A DNA stretch of 64,000 nucleotides. It comes from Candidatus Bathyarchaeota archaeon (lineage in GTDB: Archaea > Thermoproteota > Bathyarchaeia > Bathyarchaeales > DTEX01). Within the stretch, counting starts at the first letter, position 1. Every line of letters begins with the position of its first letter. A model generated the notes under the pieces. That model saw only the letters and a program-made list of their open reading frames with translations, did no database searches and was not told the origin of the DNA. Below, one piece after another: positions 1-15,933 of this stretch. Where the stretch lies: assembly GCA_963714275.1 (NCBI GenBank), contig CAVQNT010000006.1:224001-288000 (forward strand), in the 5' to 3' direction. The position numbers and the translations under genes are program-made.

Positions 1-569
1 CAAAGCTCAAGAGCAAAGCTCTGAGTCAATCCTATACCTCCAAACTTGCTTCCTGCATAGGCTGAGTTTCTTTCGCTTCCCTGAAGGCCTGACTTCGAAT
101 TTATCTGAATAATGTCCATTATTCGCGACGGGTCCCGTTCGTGTTGTTCAGCCATGACTCGTGCTACATGCTTTACGCTAAGAAAGTATCCTGTGTAGTT
201 CACGCGTGTTACGTATTCAAAGTCTTTAAGGCTGAATTCTTTCACACTACCTGACTTCACTATGCCTGCACTGTAAATGAGTATGTCGACTCCACCAAAA
301 ACCTCAACTGTTTTCTCAACCATTCTTTGTACAGCTTCTTCATCCGTCGTATTCGCTTGCACCGTAATTACCCTTTCAGATCTGTATTTCCTGTTGAGTT
401 CATTTGCGATTTTTTCAGCCCTTTCTATTGACATGTTATAAACGATGACTACACGAGCTCCTCTTTTGGCAAAGTCTCTTACTATACCTTCACCAATGCC
501 ACTCGAGCCCCCAACTATTATAGCGACCTTTCCCGCAACTGGCTGTTCTTCCTCACTTTTTCTTTTCAC
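1..569 (-). CDS. SDR-family oxidoreductase, sorbitol-6-phosphate dehydrogenase (SrlD)-like; 3' end runs off the window
   Basis: Not in the ORF track. Manual translation from GTG at 569 gives MKRKSEEEQPVAGKVAIIVGGSSGIG (GxxxGIG) ... IIQINSKSGLQGSERNSAYAGSKFGGIGLTQSFALEL, with the YxxxK catalytic motif and an SrlD-type IQINSKSG segment. Confidence 0.8.
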   Translation of the reverse strand, partial: MKRKSEEEQPVAGKVAIIVGGSSGIGEGIVRDFAKRGARVVIVYNMSIERAEKIANELNRKYRSERVITVQANTTDEEAVQRMVEKTVEVFGGVDILIYSAGIVKSGSVKEFSLKDFEYVTRVNYTGYFLSVKHVARVMAEQHERDPSRIMDIIQINSKSGLQGSERNSAYAGSKFGGIGLTQSFALEL

Positions 570-654
570 TTTGACACCCAAATAAGACTTAAAAGAGTAT
601 GTGGGTAAAAATCTTGTGTTATTTCCATTTAAACTAGAATATTAGGTATGTTTT

Positions 655-960
655 TTATAATGATGCAAGTACTTTTCCCATAAAGTCCTTTGCTTTTGAA
701 AGTTGCTTCGCTCCCTTATCTGTGAGTTTATAATATTTTCGCCGTCCTTCAACATAGGAAACAACATACTTGTCCTTCTCAAGCAAATATAGAACTCTGT
801 ATCCCGTTACTCTTCCTGACCAAAAGCCGAACTCGGAATTGACCTTTTTTCTCAACTCGTAAGCATACTCATCGTTCTGGGCGAGGAGTTTGAACAAGAA
901 AACCCACAGATTCTCTTTAAGTATTTTGTCTTTGAGCCTTTCAACGGGTTCTTTGACCAT
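655..960 (-). CDS. PadR-family transcriptional regulator
   Basis: YAYELRKK...GYRVLYLLEKDKYV...RRKYYKLTDKG winged-helix PadR pattern; divergent from ino1. Confidence 0.85.
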   Translation of the reverse strand: MVKEPVERLKDKILKENLWVFLFKLLAQNDEYAYELRKKVNSEFGFWSGRVTGYRVLYLLEKDKYVVSYVEGRRKYYKLTDKGAKQLSKAKDFMGKVLASL

Positions 961-974
961 GGTCCTACTATTCT

Positions 975-1016
975 ATGATAGTATAAAACTTTATATGTTT
1001 CATGATACCATAAAAC
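975..1016. promoter_or_regulatory. Two imperfect 15-bp direct repeats flanking a TATA-like box; candidate PadR operator
   Basis: ATGATAGTATAAAAC (975-989) and ATGATACCATAAAAC (1002-1016), with TTTATAT (990-996) between them, in the 77-bp padR/ino1 divergent spacer. Confidence 0.5.
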
Positions 1017-1037
1017 AATCCTGTCTAAAGAAACAAT

Positions 1038-2151
1038 ATGGAGACGAAGTTCATGGGAAAAATTAAAGTCGGTGTCGTAGGAGTCGGCAACTGCTTTGCC
1101 GGGTTAGTTCAGGGAATAGAGTATTATAAAAAGAACCGAACTAAAAAAAATGGTTTGATGCACGAGACCCTTGGTGGCTACGGGATTGAGGACATAGAAT
1201 TCACAAGCGCCTTTGATGTCGCAGTTGATAAGGTGGGCAAGCCACTGAGCGAGGCAATCTATGCGGACCCTAATTACGTTCGCTGGATAGACAGCGTCTC
1301 ATCATGCGGTAAAACGATGGTCAAGGAATCCCCTATTCTGGACGGCGTCGGAGTGTACGTTGTCAGCATGATTAATCCGCTGAAGCAAACCAAATCCGCT
1401 AAGGAACTGCGAAAAGTAGCCATGGACGAAATCGAGAATTCAGGCACGAAAGTTTTGCTTAACTATTTGCCTGTAGGAAGCCAAAAGGCAACCGAGTTCT
1501 GGGCGGACGTTTCTTTGGAGGCGGGATGCGCCTTCGTGAACTGTATCCCAGTTTTCATCGCTTCAAACGGAACTTGGGAGAAGAAATTCCGTGAAAAGAA
1601 GCTGCCAATAGTGGGGGACGACATTAAGGCTCAGATTGGTTCAACCATAACGCACAGAACCTTGACGAAGTCTCTGCTTGGACAGAGGCGCAGTTATAGA
1701 TAGAACGTACCAGATTAACGTGGGCGGCAACACAGACTTCGCTAACATGCTGGAAAGGGAAAGGCTGGCAAGCAAAAAAATATCGAAAACTGAAGCGGTC
1801 CGCAGCTTGATGCCTGACGATTCGAAGCTGCAAGATAAGGACATCTACATCGGTCCAAGCGACTTCATTCCATTCTTGGGAAACACTAAGTTGGCTTTCA
1901 TTAGGATAGAGGGAAGAATGTTTGCTAACATCCCCTTCAACATGGAACTGAGGCTGGAAGTGAACGACAAGGCAAACTCAGGCGGGGTATCTATCGATGC
2001 AATAAGGTGCGTACAGATAGCTCTAGACAAAGGAGTGGGCGGCAATCTAAAATACGCGTCAGCATACTTCATGAAGCACCCGCCAGTCCAAATAGCCGAC
2101 GAAGAAGCGAGAAGAAAACTGGACGAGTGGATTGTTGAAACTTCAAGTTAA
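1038..2151 (+). CDS. ino1: myo-inositol-1-phosphate synthase (one frameshift at ~1671, probably an assembly error)
   Basis: GVGNC...LVQG, NYLPVGS, GDDIKAQIGSTITHR, then YQINVGGNTDFANM, SKKISKT, YFMKHPP in the next frame; AAGTCTC repairs to AAG CTC. Confidence 0.92.
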
Positions 2152-2284
2152 AACTGTTTAATTCTCTTTTTTTGTACACAGCTGCAATTATTTGCCAATA
2201 CCGAATCAAATACAAGTGCGCGCGCTTAAGGCGAACTTTATTAAGAAAAGGTTGGATTTTAGTAATTGAAGCGGAGGACTCAAC

Positions 2285-4285
2285 ATGCCAAGAAGTCCAG
2301 AGTCTAGCGAATTGGTTGACTATTTAGAAAAGATGCTTAAAATCAGGTTCTTCGAAGAGAAAGTCAGTGACCTACTCAGCCGAGACATCGTCAAAGGAGC
2401 GTCGCACCTTTACGTCGGACAAGAAGCCGTGGCGGTCGGCGCAGTAGCAGCCATCCGAGGCGACGACTACATCACCAGCACACACAGAGGTCATGGACAC
2501 TGCATCGCGAAAGGCGGAGATCCCAAACTGATGCTTGCTGAACTTTGCGGTAAAGTCACGGGCTACTGTAAAGGTAAAGGAGGTTCGATGCATATTGCGG
2601 ATGTCAACGCTGGAAACTTGGGTGCCACAGGAATCGTGGGTTCAAACATTCCTGTCGCCACTGGCGCTGGACTGTCTATAAGGCTCAAGAAAACTGACCA
2701 AGTTGTTCTGTGCTTCTTCGGCGACGGCGCAACGAACACAAGCGCCTTCCATGAATCCGTTAACATGGCTGCAATCTGGAACCTTCCAGTTGTCTACGTT
2801 TGCGAGAACAACCTTTATGGCATGTCCGTTGCCGTGAGTAGAGCTTTCCCGTTCACGGACCTTGCTGAAAGAGCCAAGGGCTACAACATTCCAGGCGTGA
2901 TTGCAGACGGCATGGATGTTCTGGACGTGAAGAGAAAAGTCCAAGAAGCCGTTCAGAGAGCTCGGAAAGGAGAAGGTCCAACCTTCATCGAGTGCAAGAC
3001 CTACAGATTCTATGGTCATTCTAAGGGTGACCCGCGGGCTTACCGAACAAGAGAAGAAGAGCAGTCGTGGAAAAGCCGTGATCCTGTAACCAACTTTGAG
3101 AAAAAACTTGTCGAAAAAGGAATTTTAACCCAAAAACAGGTTGAGGAGCTCGAAGAATCAATATCCAACGAAATTAACGAAGCTGAAAAGTTCGCCCTCA
3201 ACAGCCCGTATCCGCCTGTAGAGTCTCTTTTTGATGGACTCTACACCGAAATTTACGTTGACTCAAAAACTTCCATCAAGACCCTAGCTGAAGCCAAGAA
3301 AAAGGGTGTGAAAACGAGGAAAATTAAGTACGTTCAGGCTCTGAACGAGGCGTTGAGGGAGGAGATGTTGAGGGACGAAAGGGTGTTCCTCATGGGCGAG
3401 GACATTGCGATTTATGGCGGCGCTTACCAAGTCACCCGGGGACTTTACGACGAGTTTGGGGCTGAACGGGTTAGGGACACACCTATCTCGGAAGCCGCTA
3501 TAGCAGGCGCAGCGGCAGGAGCAGCCATGACGGGGACCAGGCCTGTCGCAGAGATCATGTACATCGATTTTTCGACGATTGCCACGGACCAGATAATCAA
3601 CATCGCAGCTAAGAACCGCTACATGTTTGGCGGAAAATCCATTGTGCCCGTTGTTTATCGCACTCAGGGAGGCGCAGGCAGAGGCATAGCTGAACACCAT
3701 TCTCAAAGCCTCGAAGCGTGGTACCAGCACATTCCCGGCATTTTCGTCGTGATGCCTTCGACACCTTTCGACGCTAAGGGGCTACTGAAGACCTGCATAA
3801 GAGACGATAATCCTGTCATGTTCATAGAACAAAAGCTGCTATACGGTACAGAAGGCGAAGTTCCCGAAGGAGAATACACTGTTCCGCTTGGAGTCGCAGA
3901 CGTGAAAAGGGAAGGCACCGATGTTACAATAGTTGCCTATTCGAGGATGGTTCTCCTAGCCTTGGAAGCAGCAGAGGAACTTGCTAAAGAAGGAATCAGC
4001 GTGGAAGTGGTTGACCCGCGGACACTGAAGCCGCTTGACGCTGAAACCATAATCGGTTCAGTGAAAAAGACAAGCAGAGCTGTCGTCGTGCATGAGGGCT
4101 ATCGAACTTGTGGCGTAGGAGCGGAAATAGCGGCGCAGATAATGGAGGAAGCCTTCGACTACCTCGACGCGCCAGTTCTGAGAGTTGCAGGAGAAGATGT
4201 GCCTATACCCATGAGTCCTGTGCTAGAGGAAGCCGCTGTTCCAAGTAAAACGAAAATCGTTGAAGCAATCAAGAAACTAGTCTAA
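2285..4285 (+). CDS. Fused E1 alpha/beta subunit of a TPP-dependent 2-oxoacid/acetoin dehydrogenase
   Basis: N-half has [19 protein letters not shown]...N (TPP motif) and YRFYGHS; C-half has [16 protein letters not shown] and [12 protein letters not shown], all in one intact 666-aa ORF. Confidence 0.9.
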   Translation: MPRSPESSELVDYLEKMLKIRFFEEKVSDLLSRDIVKGASHLYVGQEAVAVGAVAAIRGDDYITSTHRGHGHCIAKGGDPKLMLAELCGKVTGYCKGKGGSMHIADVNAGNLGATGIVGSNIPVATGAGLSIRLKKTDQVVLCFFGDGATNTSAFHESVNMAAIWNLPVVYVCENNLYGMSVAVSRAFPFTDLAERAKGYNIPGVIADGMDVLDVKRKVQEAVQRARKGEGPTFIECKTYRFYGHSKGDPRAYRTREEEQSWKSRDPVTNFEKKLVEKGILTQKQVEELEESISNEINEAEKFALNSPYPPVESLFDGLYTEIYVDSKTSIKTLAEAKKKGVKTRKIKYVQALNEALREEMLRDERVFLMGEDIAIYGGAYQVTRGLYDEFGAERVRDTPISEAAIAGAAAGAAMTGTRPVAEIMYIDFSTIATDQIINIAAKNRYMFGGKSIVPVVYRTQGGAGRGIAEHHSQSLEAWYQHIPGIFVVMPSTPFDAKGLLKTCIRDDNPVMFIEQKLLYGTEGEVPEGEYTVPLGVADVKREGTDVTIVAYSRMVLLALEAAEELAKEGISVEVVDPRTLKPLDAETIIGSVKKTSRAVVVHEGYRTCGVGAEIAAQIMEEAFDYLDAPVLRVAGEDVPIPMSPVLEEAAVPSKTKIVEAIKKLV

Positions 4286-4404
4286 CCTACACCATTCTCA
4301 GAACGTACCATAAAAAAACAACTTGCCCATATTTCAAATGATCAATAAATTTTACCTAGCCAAAGTGAATAATAGGTTTATAACCTATCAAATACATCTT
4401 AAAT

Positions 4405-5007
4405 TTGTTTTTTTTAAATGGGGAAATATGCGTGAATATACTCGGTGTAAATGGGAGTCCGCACAGATGCGGGAACACGGTTAAGCTAATAAGCGAAATC
4501 TTCCGCGGAGCAGAAACAAACGGTCACCATTGCGAAATAGTTCACTTAGTAGATTTGAACTTGGACTACTGCAACTGGTGCGAAGAATGTTACCCTGACG
4601 GCGTCTGCCCAATTGATGACGGGTTCCAAGAGCACCTAAAGAAGGTTTTCAAGGCTGATGTGCTGATTGTCGGAACGCCGTCCATAAATCGTTCAGTAAC
4701 GGGGTACATGAAGAATTGGCTGGACCGACTGTGTACCAGCCAGCTCATCTATACGGTTGACGAAAAAAGGAAAGTGACGATGCAATCGCGGGTACCCGCT
4801 GGAAAGAAGGCAATCGTCGTTGTTCAGGGATGCACCAACCTGTTACAGGAAACCGTGGAATCCATAAACGTGGTGATGAACGTGCTGGGAATCCCAATCG
4901 CCGAGAGACTCATAATTCCAAAGATAGGCTTAACGAAAGAAGACACGGTTGACAAAGAACACGACGTGATGCGAAAAGCCTTCGAAATCGGAAAAAACAT
5001 AAAATAA
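4405..5007 (+). CDS. Flavodoxin-like NADPH-dependent FMN reductase / iron-sulfur flavoprotein (start probably GTG 4432)
   Basis: ILGVNGSPHRCGNT, CxxCxxCx5C cluster (CNWCEECYPDGVC), ADVLIVGTP, MKNWLDR. Confidence 0.8.
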   Translation: MFFLNGEICVNILGVNGSPHRCGNTVKLISEIFRGAETNGHHCEIVHLVDLNLDYCNWCEECYPDGVCPIDDGFQEHLKKVFKADVLIVGTPSINRSVTGYMKNWLDRLCTSQLIYTVDEKRKVTMQSRVPAGKKAIVVVQGCTNLLQETVESINVVMNVLGIPIAERLIIPKIGLTKEDTVDKEHDVMRKAFEIGKNIK

Positions 5008-5056
5008 CCACAAAATTCACTCCCCCAAGCCTATTCAACATGACAAAATAGCATTG

Positions 5057-5134
5057 TGGCGCCCTGGCCGGGATTTGAACCCGGGTCGGGCGGGCGACAG
5101 CCGCCTATACTAGACCGGACTATACTACCAGGGC
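5057..5134 (-). tRNA. tRNA-Asp(GTC), CCA encoded, no intron
   Basis: Reverse complement GCCCTGG-TA-GTAT...-GGCGG CT GTC GC CCGC-...GGTTCAAATCC-CCAGGGC-G-CCA folds as a cloverleaf. Confidence 0.95.
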
Positions 5135-5586
5135 TCAGTTACGAAGCGCCAGAATTTGCTTAAAATTGACGTTATACTTAAGTATATCTGGGATGGCGTA
5201 TGGTTCAGATTATTTTGTGGTTTGCTTACATTGGTTTGTTTTATAGGATGTTTATATATTCATTACTGACATGCAATCTGATTTTTTCATCTTGTATGGT
5301 TAGGCACTAGGGTCACAAGCAGCTTCCCGTCTGAAAATCCAGTCGAGGTATGCTTTCATTAGTATCAGCGAATAATAGGGTCGGTAAAACAAAACCATTA
5401 CTGACAGATTAGGAAATTTAAGTCCTTAAGCATTCGTTGTTTTACTTTTTTGACCGACTCTGCAAGTAAGGGGTAATGTCAAAGGCTTAAAAGGTTTGCA
5501 GAAAGACTGTGGAATCTGGGAAGATCGATTTATGAACATGTTAATGTTAGGGGAGTGAAATCAAGAACCGTTTTCTTTTTCTTATC

Positions 5587-6437
5587 GTGTTGCTACTCGC
5601 TTTTTTCATAGGTTTCTATCTAATGCATACAATGTCGGGGAACAGCAGCTTTTATGTATCATTTGAATTCAGTGACAGAAGTAGGAGATACATGGTTCAC
5701 ATCCCGCTGAGTTATAACGGGAACAATCTTACGCCATTAATTATTTCGCTGCATGGATATGGAGGAACCGCGAGAAGAAATGAAGAAGCGACGGGGTTCA
5801 CTGAGAAGTCGAATAGTGAAGGCTTCATTGTCGTCTATCCTGAGGGAATAGGGCAAAGCTGGAACGTACCATACTGTTGTGGCGAGGCTTACACAAACAA
5901 CATTGACGACATAGGCTTCATACGCAAACTCATAAGCAGGCTTGAACAAGAATACAAAATCGATCCAGATAGAATCTACGTGGCAGGATTCTCAAACGGT
6001 GCAATCATGGCGTACCGTCTGGCAGTCTGAACTCAGATAAAATTGCTGCTATTGCTCCAGTCGCAGGCTCAATCGGTGGTAAGTTCAACGGGAACGCTCC
6101 GCTTCAAAAAATCGCAGAGCCTTTGCATCCCGTAGCAGTGATAATCTTCCACGGTACGAATGAAACATCAGTATACTGCTATGGGGGTCTATCCTCCAAC
6201 GGGTTGCTTAGCCTTTCAGTCGCTGAGTCAGCAAACTTCTAGGTTAATCATGACAGATGCTCCGAAATCCCACAGACGGAGACAAGCCCTGACGGGAACA
6301 CAATAAAGGATGTCTACTCAGGCGGCAAAAACGGTGCAGAAGTCGTTTTATACACTCCTGTCGGCTTCGGTCACAATTGGCCAGCGACAGCTACTAACAT
6401 AATCTGGAATTTCTTCGTCAGCCACCCCAAACAATAA
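5587..6437 (+). pseudogene. PHB-depolymerase/LpqC-like secreted esterase, interrupted by a frameshift (~6026) and an in-frame TAG (6240-6242)
   Basis: N-terminal hydrophobic segment, LHGYGG, GFIVVYPEG, GFSNGA nucleophile elbow. Downstream frame: KIAAIAPVAG...IIFHGT...F*VNHDRC...GHNWP...IWNFFVSHPKQ. The lesions may be sequencing errors. Confidence 0.6.
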
Positions 6438-6710
6438 GGTGTCTGTGTATCAAAAACCTTGGTCCGACATGGGTCTGCATGAGCGTGAGAAACAACATCG
6501 AAGAAGGAAGCTAGAAATATCATCAGAATAATGAAAATGATAACCTTTATTAGCACCGTCCATCGTTTACTCATTAGCTTTCAGAAAAAGCGAAAATAAT
6601 CGACTTCCCATCGGGCTGGAAGGCCAACAGTCCGTTGGAGGAATAATCCTGAATAGTCCCATATGTAACCATTTAGTCGTTTCAAAACCTGAAAGGGGAA
6701 TTTTCATAAA

Positions 6711-9700
6711 TTGATTAATTCTGAAGATGCATATTTAGTACAGAAGGCCCTCTTAGAGGAGAAAGGGTTAGTTAGGCAACATCTTGATTCATACAACGAG
6801 TTCGTGGAACGCGGTCTTCAACAAGTAATAGACGAGGTCAGCGAAGTCGAAATCGAGGTTCCTGAAGGACCATACAAAATAAAGTTCGGCAGAATATTCA
6901 TCGTACGCGAAATCGAAAACGACGTCATTTACGGTCCCTACGTAACCGAGGTCGACGGCACTCGACACGAAATCTATCCCATGGAAACACGGCTGAGAAA
7001 CCTAGCATATTCAATGCCCCTCTCCGTCGAGATGACGCCGATAATTGACGACAAGGAAATGGAGAAAGAACTCGTTTACATCGGCGACCTGCCAACCATG
7101 CTTAAGTCGAAATACTGTCTTCTTTCAGAACTTTCCGAGGAAGAATTGATCAGACAAGGCGAAGACCCTCTTGACCCAGGCGGCTACTTCGTCGTAAACG
7201 GGTCAGAACGGGTCATCGTAGCCATTGAAGACTTGGCGCCAAACCGCATACTCGTGGACATTGACTCAAGAGGAGTAAACCCCGTTTATCAAGCAAAAGT
7301 ATTCTCCACTACCGTTGGGTTTAGAGCCAGAATAGAACTCAGACTGAAGTCAAACGGTTCACTCCACATTTCGGTGCCAGGTGTCCCGTCAGAAATACCA
7401 TTCATAATCATGATGAGAGCCTTGGGTTTACAGTCCGACCGAGAAATTGCAGAAGCGGTTTCTGCGGACAAGACCATTCAAAGCGAACTTGAACCGTCAT
7501 TTGAGATGGCGGCTGACGTCGGAACCGCTGAAGACGCCTTGCTGTTCATTGGCAACAGGGTAGCTCACGGTCAAGTTAAAAGCTACAGGCTCATGAAGAC
7601 GGAAACGATTGTTGACAGAAACTTTTTACCTCACGTCGGCAGAACGACTGACCAAAGAAAAGACAAAGCCTACTTCCTCGGCGAGATGGCTTCACGCGTA
7701 ATCGAGCTGAAGCTGGGAAGACGAAAACCCGACGACAAAGACCACTTTAAAAACAAGAGGCTGAAGCTCGCAGGACCACTTCTCGCAGACCTTTTCAGGG
7801 TGGCCTTCAGAAACCTGTGCCGCGATATAAAGTACCAGCTTGAAAGAATGGGACTGAAAAGACGCATGATCAGCGTCTCAATAGCCGTAAGACCAGGCAT
7901 AGTCTCAGACAAGACTTCAACACTCGTTGGCAACAGGGAACTGGGGCAGAGGACGAGTCGGAATCACACAGCTTCTCGACAGAACAAACATGATGTCAAC
8001 TCACAGCCACCTAAGAAGACTGCAGTCCCCGCTTAGCCGCAGCCAACCCAACTTCGAAGCCCGAGACCTTCATGCGACGCACTGGGGAAGGCTTTGCCCA
8101 AACGAGACACCTGAAGGAGCAAACTGCGGGCTCGTTAAGAATCTGGCTTTGTCAGCGTCTATTTCTGTGGGTTTAGACCTCGAAAAAGTCAAACAGATAC
8201 TTTACAGGAGAGGCGTTGTTCCCCTTACCGAAGCAAGCGAGACTATACGTACCACTGGAGCCAAAGTGTTTATTGACGGCTGCCCGATTGGGTACCACGA
8301 TTCTCCCAAGGAGTTCGTGACAGAGATGAAAGATGACCGAAGAAGAGGAGAACTCTCACCCGAAATTAACTTTGCATATTTTTCAAAAGCTCACGGCATG
8401 AATGAGGAAGCCTACATAAATTGTGACCAAGGCCGAGTTCGACGGGCACTTATAATCGTCGAAGACGGTGCACCAAAACTTGGGAACGAAGAAACAGAGA
8501 GAATCCGTTCAAAAGAATGGAATTGGGAAGACCTCATAAAACGAGGTATAATCGAGTACTTGGATGCTGAAGAAGAGGAAAACGCCCTAGTTGCATTGAA
8601 CCCGGACGAAATCGTACCCGGAACATACCACCCACCTCGAAATAACGTCTTACTCGATTCTTGGAACCTGCGCGTCGCTGATACCTTACGCTGAACATAA
8701 CCAGTCTCCACGCAACTCTTACGAGTCCGCCATGTCTAAGCAGGCTTTAGGCATTTACGCGGTGAACTACCCGTTAAGAGTTGACTCGCGGTCGCACATA
8801 CTTCACTATCCGCAAATCCCTGTAGTCCAAACTAAGCCATTAGACATCATTGGGTATAACCTTAGACCTTCCGGGCAGAACTGCGTGGTAGCAGTTCTTT
8901 CGTTCGAAGGCTACAACATGGAAGACGCCTTAATCTTCAACAAAGCATCCATCGAAAGAGGCATAGCCCGCTCATCCTTTTACAGAATCTACGACGCCGA
9001 ATGCCGCCAATATCTCGGAGGCCTAAGAGACCGCCTCGTAATTCCTGAGGCTGGAACCCGCGGATACCGTGGGGAACAGTATTACCGTTTCATCGAAGAA
9101 GACGGCGTGGTCAATGTCGAAGCTGAAGTCGCAGGAGGAGACGTCCTGATTGGCAGGATAAGCCCGCCACGTTTCCTCGAAGAATACAAGGAGTTCGAAA
9201 TTAAAGGACCCACCATGAGGGATTCTTCAGTTGACATGCGACCCTCCGAAAACGGTATTGTTGACGCATCGTTCATCACCGAAACCAACGAAGGAAGCAA
9301 ACTCGTGAAAGTTAGGGTACGCGACGAACGTATCCCGGAGTTGGAGACAAGTTTGCTTCACGCCACGGACAGAAAGGCGTCATAGGAATGATTGTTCCAC
9401 AAGAAAACATGCCCTTCAGCGTCGACGGAATTGTGCCGGACATCATGATTAATCCGCATGCGTTTCCGTCAAGGATGACGATTGGGCAGTTCCTAGAATC
9501 TCTCGCTGGGAAAGTAGCATCCGCCAAGGGAGAATTTATGGACGGAACCCCATTCATCAACAAGAAGGGCGACGAGCTCAAACAAATGCTTATCGACCTA
9601 GGTTTCAGTTACAGCGGCAGAGAAGTCCTGTACGACGGTGTCACAGGGCAAAAGTTCGTCACCGACATTTTCATGGGAGTCATCTATTACCAGAAGCTTC

Positions 9701-10081
9701 ACCACATGGTTGCTGACAAAATCCACGCTAGGGCAAGAGGTCAAGTCCAAATGCTTACGAGACAGCCGACGGAAGGAAGAGCCAGAGGCGGCGGATTACG
9801 TTTCGGCGAAATGGAAAGAGACTGCCTAATCGGTCATGGTGCAGCGATGTTGCTTCGTGACAGGCTACTTGAGGAATCAGATAAATACGTGCTTTACGTC
9901 TGCGAAAGTTGCGGACTCATCGCGTACTACGACATAAAACAGCGGAAATATGTTTGCCAGATTTGCGGAGAGCAATCCAGGGTTTCGCCTGTTCAGGTTT
10001 CATACGCGTTCAAACTTTTGTTGCAGGAGTCTAATGAGCTTGTGCGTAACTCCTCGGTTAAGGCTTAAGGAGAGGGCATAA
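6711..10081 (+). CDS. rpoB: DNA-directed RNA polymerase subunit B, single unsplit gene with 4 apparent frameshifts
   Basis: [89 protein letters not shown]; repaired C-terminus ...[17 protein letters not shown] ends at TAA 10079-10081. Confidence 0.97.
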
Positions 10082-10082
10082 A

Positions 10083-14221
<4,139 letters not shown>

Positions 14222-14229
<8 letters not shown>

Positions 14230-14659
14230 AGGCATAAAGTTCACTAACCGAGAAATGAGGTTCATCGCCCTATTCGAAAGCATAACAGGCGCGACGGTGA
14301 GAGACTGCATCGTAGATGAGGATTTCGATCGATTGATTTTCATAATCAAAGAGGGCGACGTCGGAATGGCTATCGGCAAGAGAGGAAAAAACATCTTGAT
14401 GCTCGAAAAAATGACGGGCAAAAAACACGAAATAATCGAGTTCTCAGAAGACCCATCGCAGTTCATCAAAAATGCCCTAAAGCCAGCTAAACTTAAAGAA
14501 ATACGCATCTCTGAGAGACCTGATGGCAAAACCATAGCTGTAGTGTCAGTTGATCCTCGAGACAAGGGAATAGCAATCGGCAAGAACGGCAAAAACGCTG
14601 AAAGAATCAGGTTTCTGGCGAAACGTTACTTCCAAATTAACAACGTTTCCATCATGTGA
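14222..14659 (+). CDS. nusA: Archaeal NusA (KH-domain transcription factor)
   Basis: FIALFESITGA, two AIGKxG KH motifs; canonical position. Confidence 0.95.
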
Positions 14660-14799
14660 CCCTCGCTCGATTAGACCGTAAACGTCTAAATTTACACAAG
14701 CTTAACAAAATGAAACAGAAACGTTTAAAACGATGAATCACGTTCGCAGTAATGAAAAACCGAGACAAAACAGGAATTTGAAACAGCAAAGGTGGAAGA

Positions 14800-15237
14800 A
14801 TGGGAAAAGCGCCTAAGGGTAAGTTTGCCGCTAGACAGCTGCAGGCTAAACGTAAGAAGCTCCGCTGGAGTAGCATCAACTACAAACGCCGCATACTTAG
14901 GTTGGACGTTAAATCTGACCCTCTCGAAGGCGCTCCTATGGCTCGTGGCATTGTGCTCGAAAAAGTCGGTCGCGAAAGCAAACAGCCCAACAGCGCAATC
15001 AGGAAGTGCGTCCGCACACAACTCATTAAGAACGGCAAAGTCATCACGGCCTTCCTGCCTGGAGACGGAGCGTTAAACTCTGTCGACGAACACGACGAAG
15101 TCGTCGTTGAAGGCATCGGTGGCTCAAGGGGAGGAGCAATGGGCGACATTCCAGGCATCAAGTGGAAAGTCAGCACAGTTAACGGCGTTTCCCTAAAAGA
15201 ATTGGTGCTAGGCAGAAAAGAGAAACCTTTACGATAA
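14800..15237 (+). CDS. rps12: 30S ribosomal protein S12 (uS12)
   Basis: [39 protein letters not shown]. Confidence 0.97.
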   Translation: MGKAPKGKFAARQLQAKRKKLRWSSINYKRRILRLDVKSDPLEGAPMARGIVLEKVGRESKQPNSAIRKCVRTQLIKNGKVITAFLPGDGALNSVDEHDEVVVEGIGGSRGGAMGDIPGIKWKVSTVNGVSLKELVLGRKEKPLR

Positions 15238-15275
15238 AAAAATTTTGAACAAACAGTTTTTATTTTTTTAATCAT

Positions 15276-15749
15276 CTATGGCGAAGAAAGGGTCCAAGTC
15301 ATCAATGACACTTTCTCGATTATTTTTGCTTTTTCTTTTATATTCATGTATTCGATGGGAAAATGTTTCTTGACAGGCACAATAATCAGGTGCAGTATTC
15401 TGTTGGTTGTATCGTCCCATATTTCGATCATGTCTTTCTTGATTTGAAGTTCAGAGCGTGTCTTTATCACTTCGTAGACGTTGTCGAAATCGGTACTCGT
15501 TCTGGAAAGAAGGATACGGTCGTCGAGTTTCAGGGCGTAAACGTCCATTTTTTCTGTTTCTATGAACTGCACTATCAGTTCGTAAATACGGTTTATGTCA
15601 GACTTTATGTCCGTGATGGCTCCGTAGTTACTGTCGGACCTTAAGAAACTCTTCACCAACGTTCTCACAAGGTTGGAGACATCTATGGTTTGCTCTGAAA
15701 ATTCGCCTTCGACCTTCTTCTTTAGCGACGAGTCGCCCTCAGCCGTCAT
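15276..15749 (-). CDS. Hypothetical protein
   Basis: 157-aa ATG-started ORF filling the gap, protein-like composition, no motif recognised. Confidence 0.6.
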   Translation of the reverse strand: MTAEGDSSLKKKVEGEFSEQTIDVSNLVRTLVKSFLRSDSNYGAITDIKSDINRIYELIVQFIETEKMDVYALKLDDRILLSRTSTDFDNVYEVIKTRSELQIKKDMIEIWDDTTNRILHLIIVPVKKHFPIEYMNIKEKAKIIEKVSLMTWTLSSP

Positions 15750-15933
15750 CTGAGGCTCACTTTGTAGAATAATTTTTATCTAGCCTAGTATAGACAATAC
15801 TTGTTATTGAATAAAACATTTGCCATACCAAGGTTCCGACAGCAAATCCGCACGAAAAAAGCTGCCGTGAATAGTTGCATTTTTCTCTCTTCAGCTATGA
15901 CCAGACACGATAGAAACAACATAAATATCAAAA

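Noticed and set aside
6240-6242. Amber codon as pyrrolysine or stop-codon reassignment
   Set aside because: Single case at an expected Trp position. TAG ends other genes normally in this window, and no pyl genes are present.
6371-6574. 67-aa hydrophobic ORF on the minus strand
   Set aside because: It overlaps the esterase 3' end and has no recognisable family. It could be a small membrane protein, but that is unsupported.
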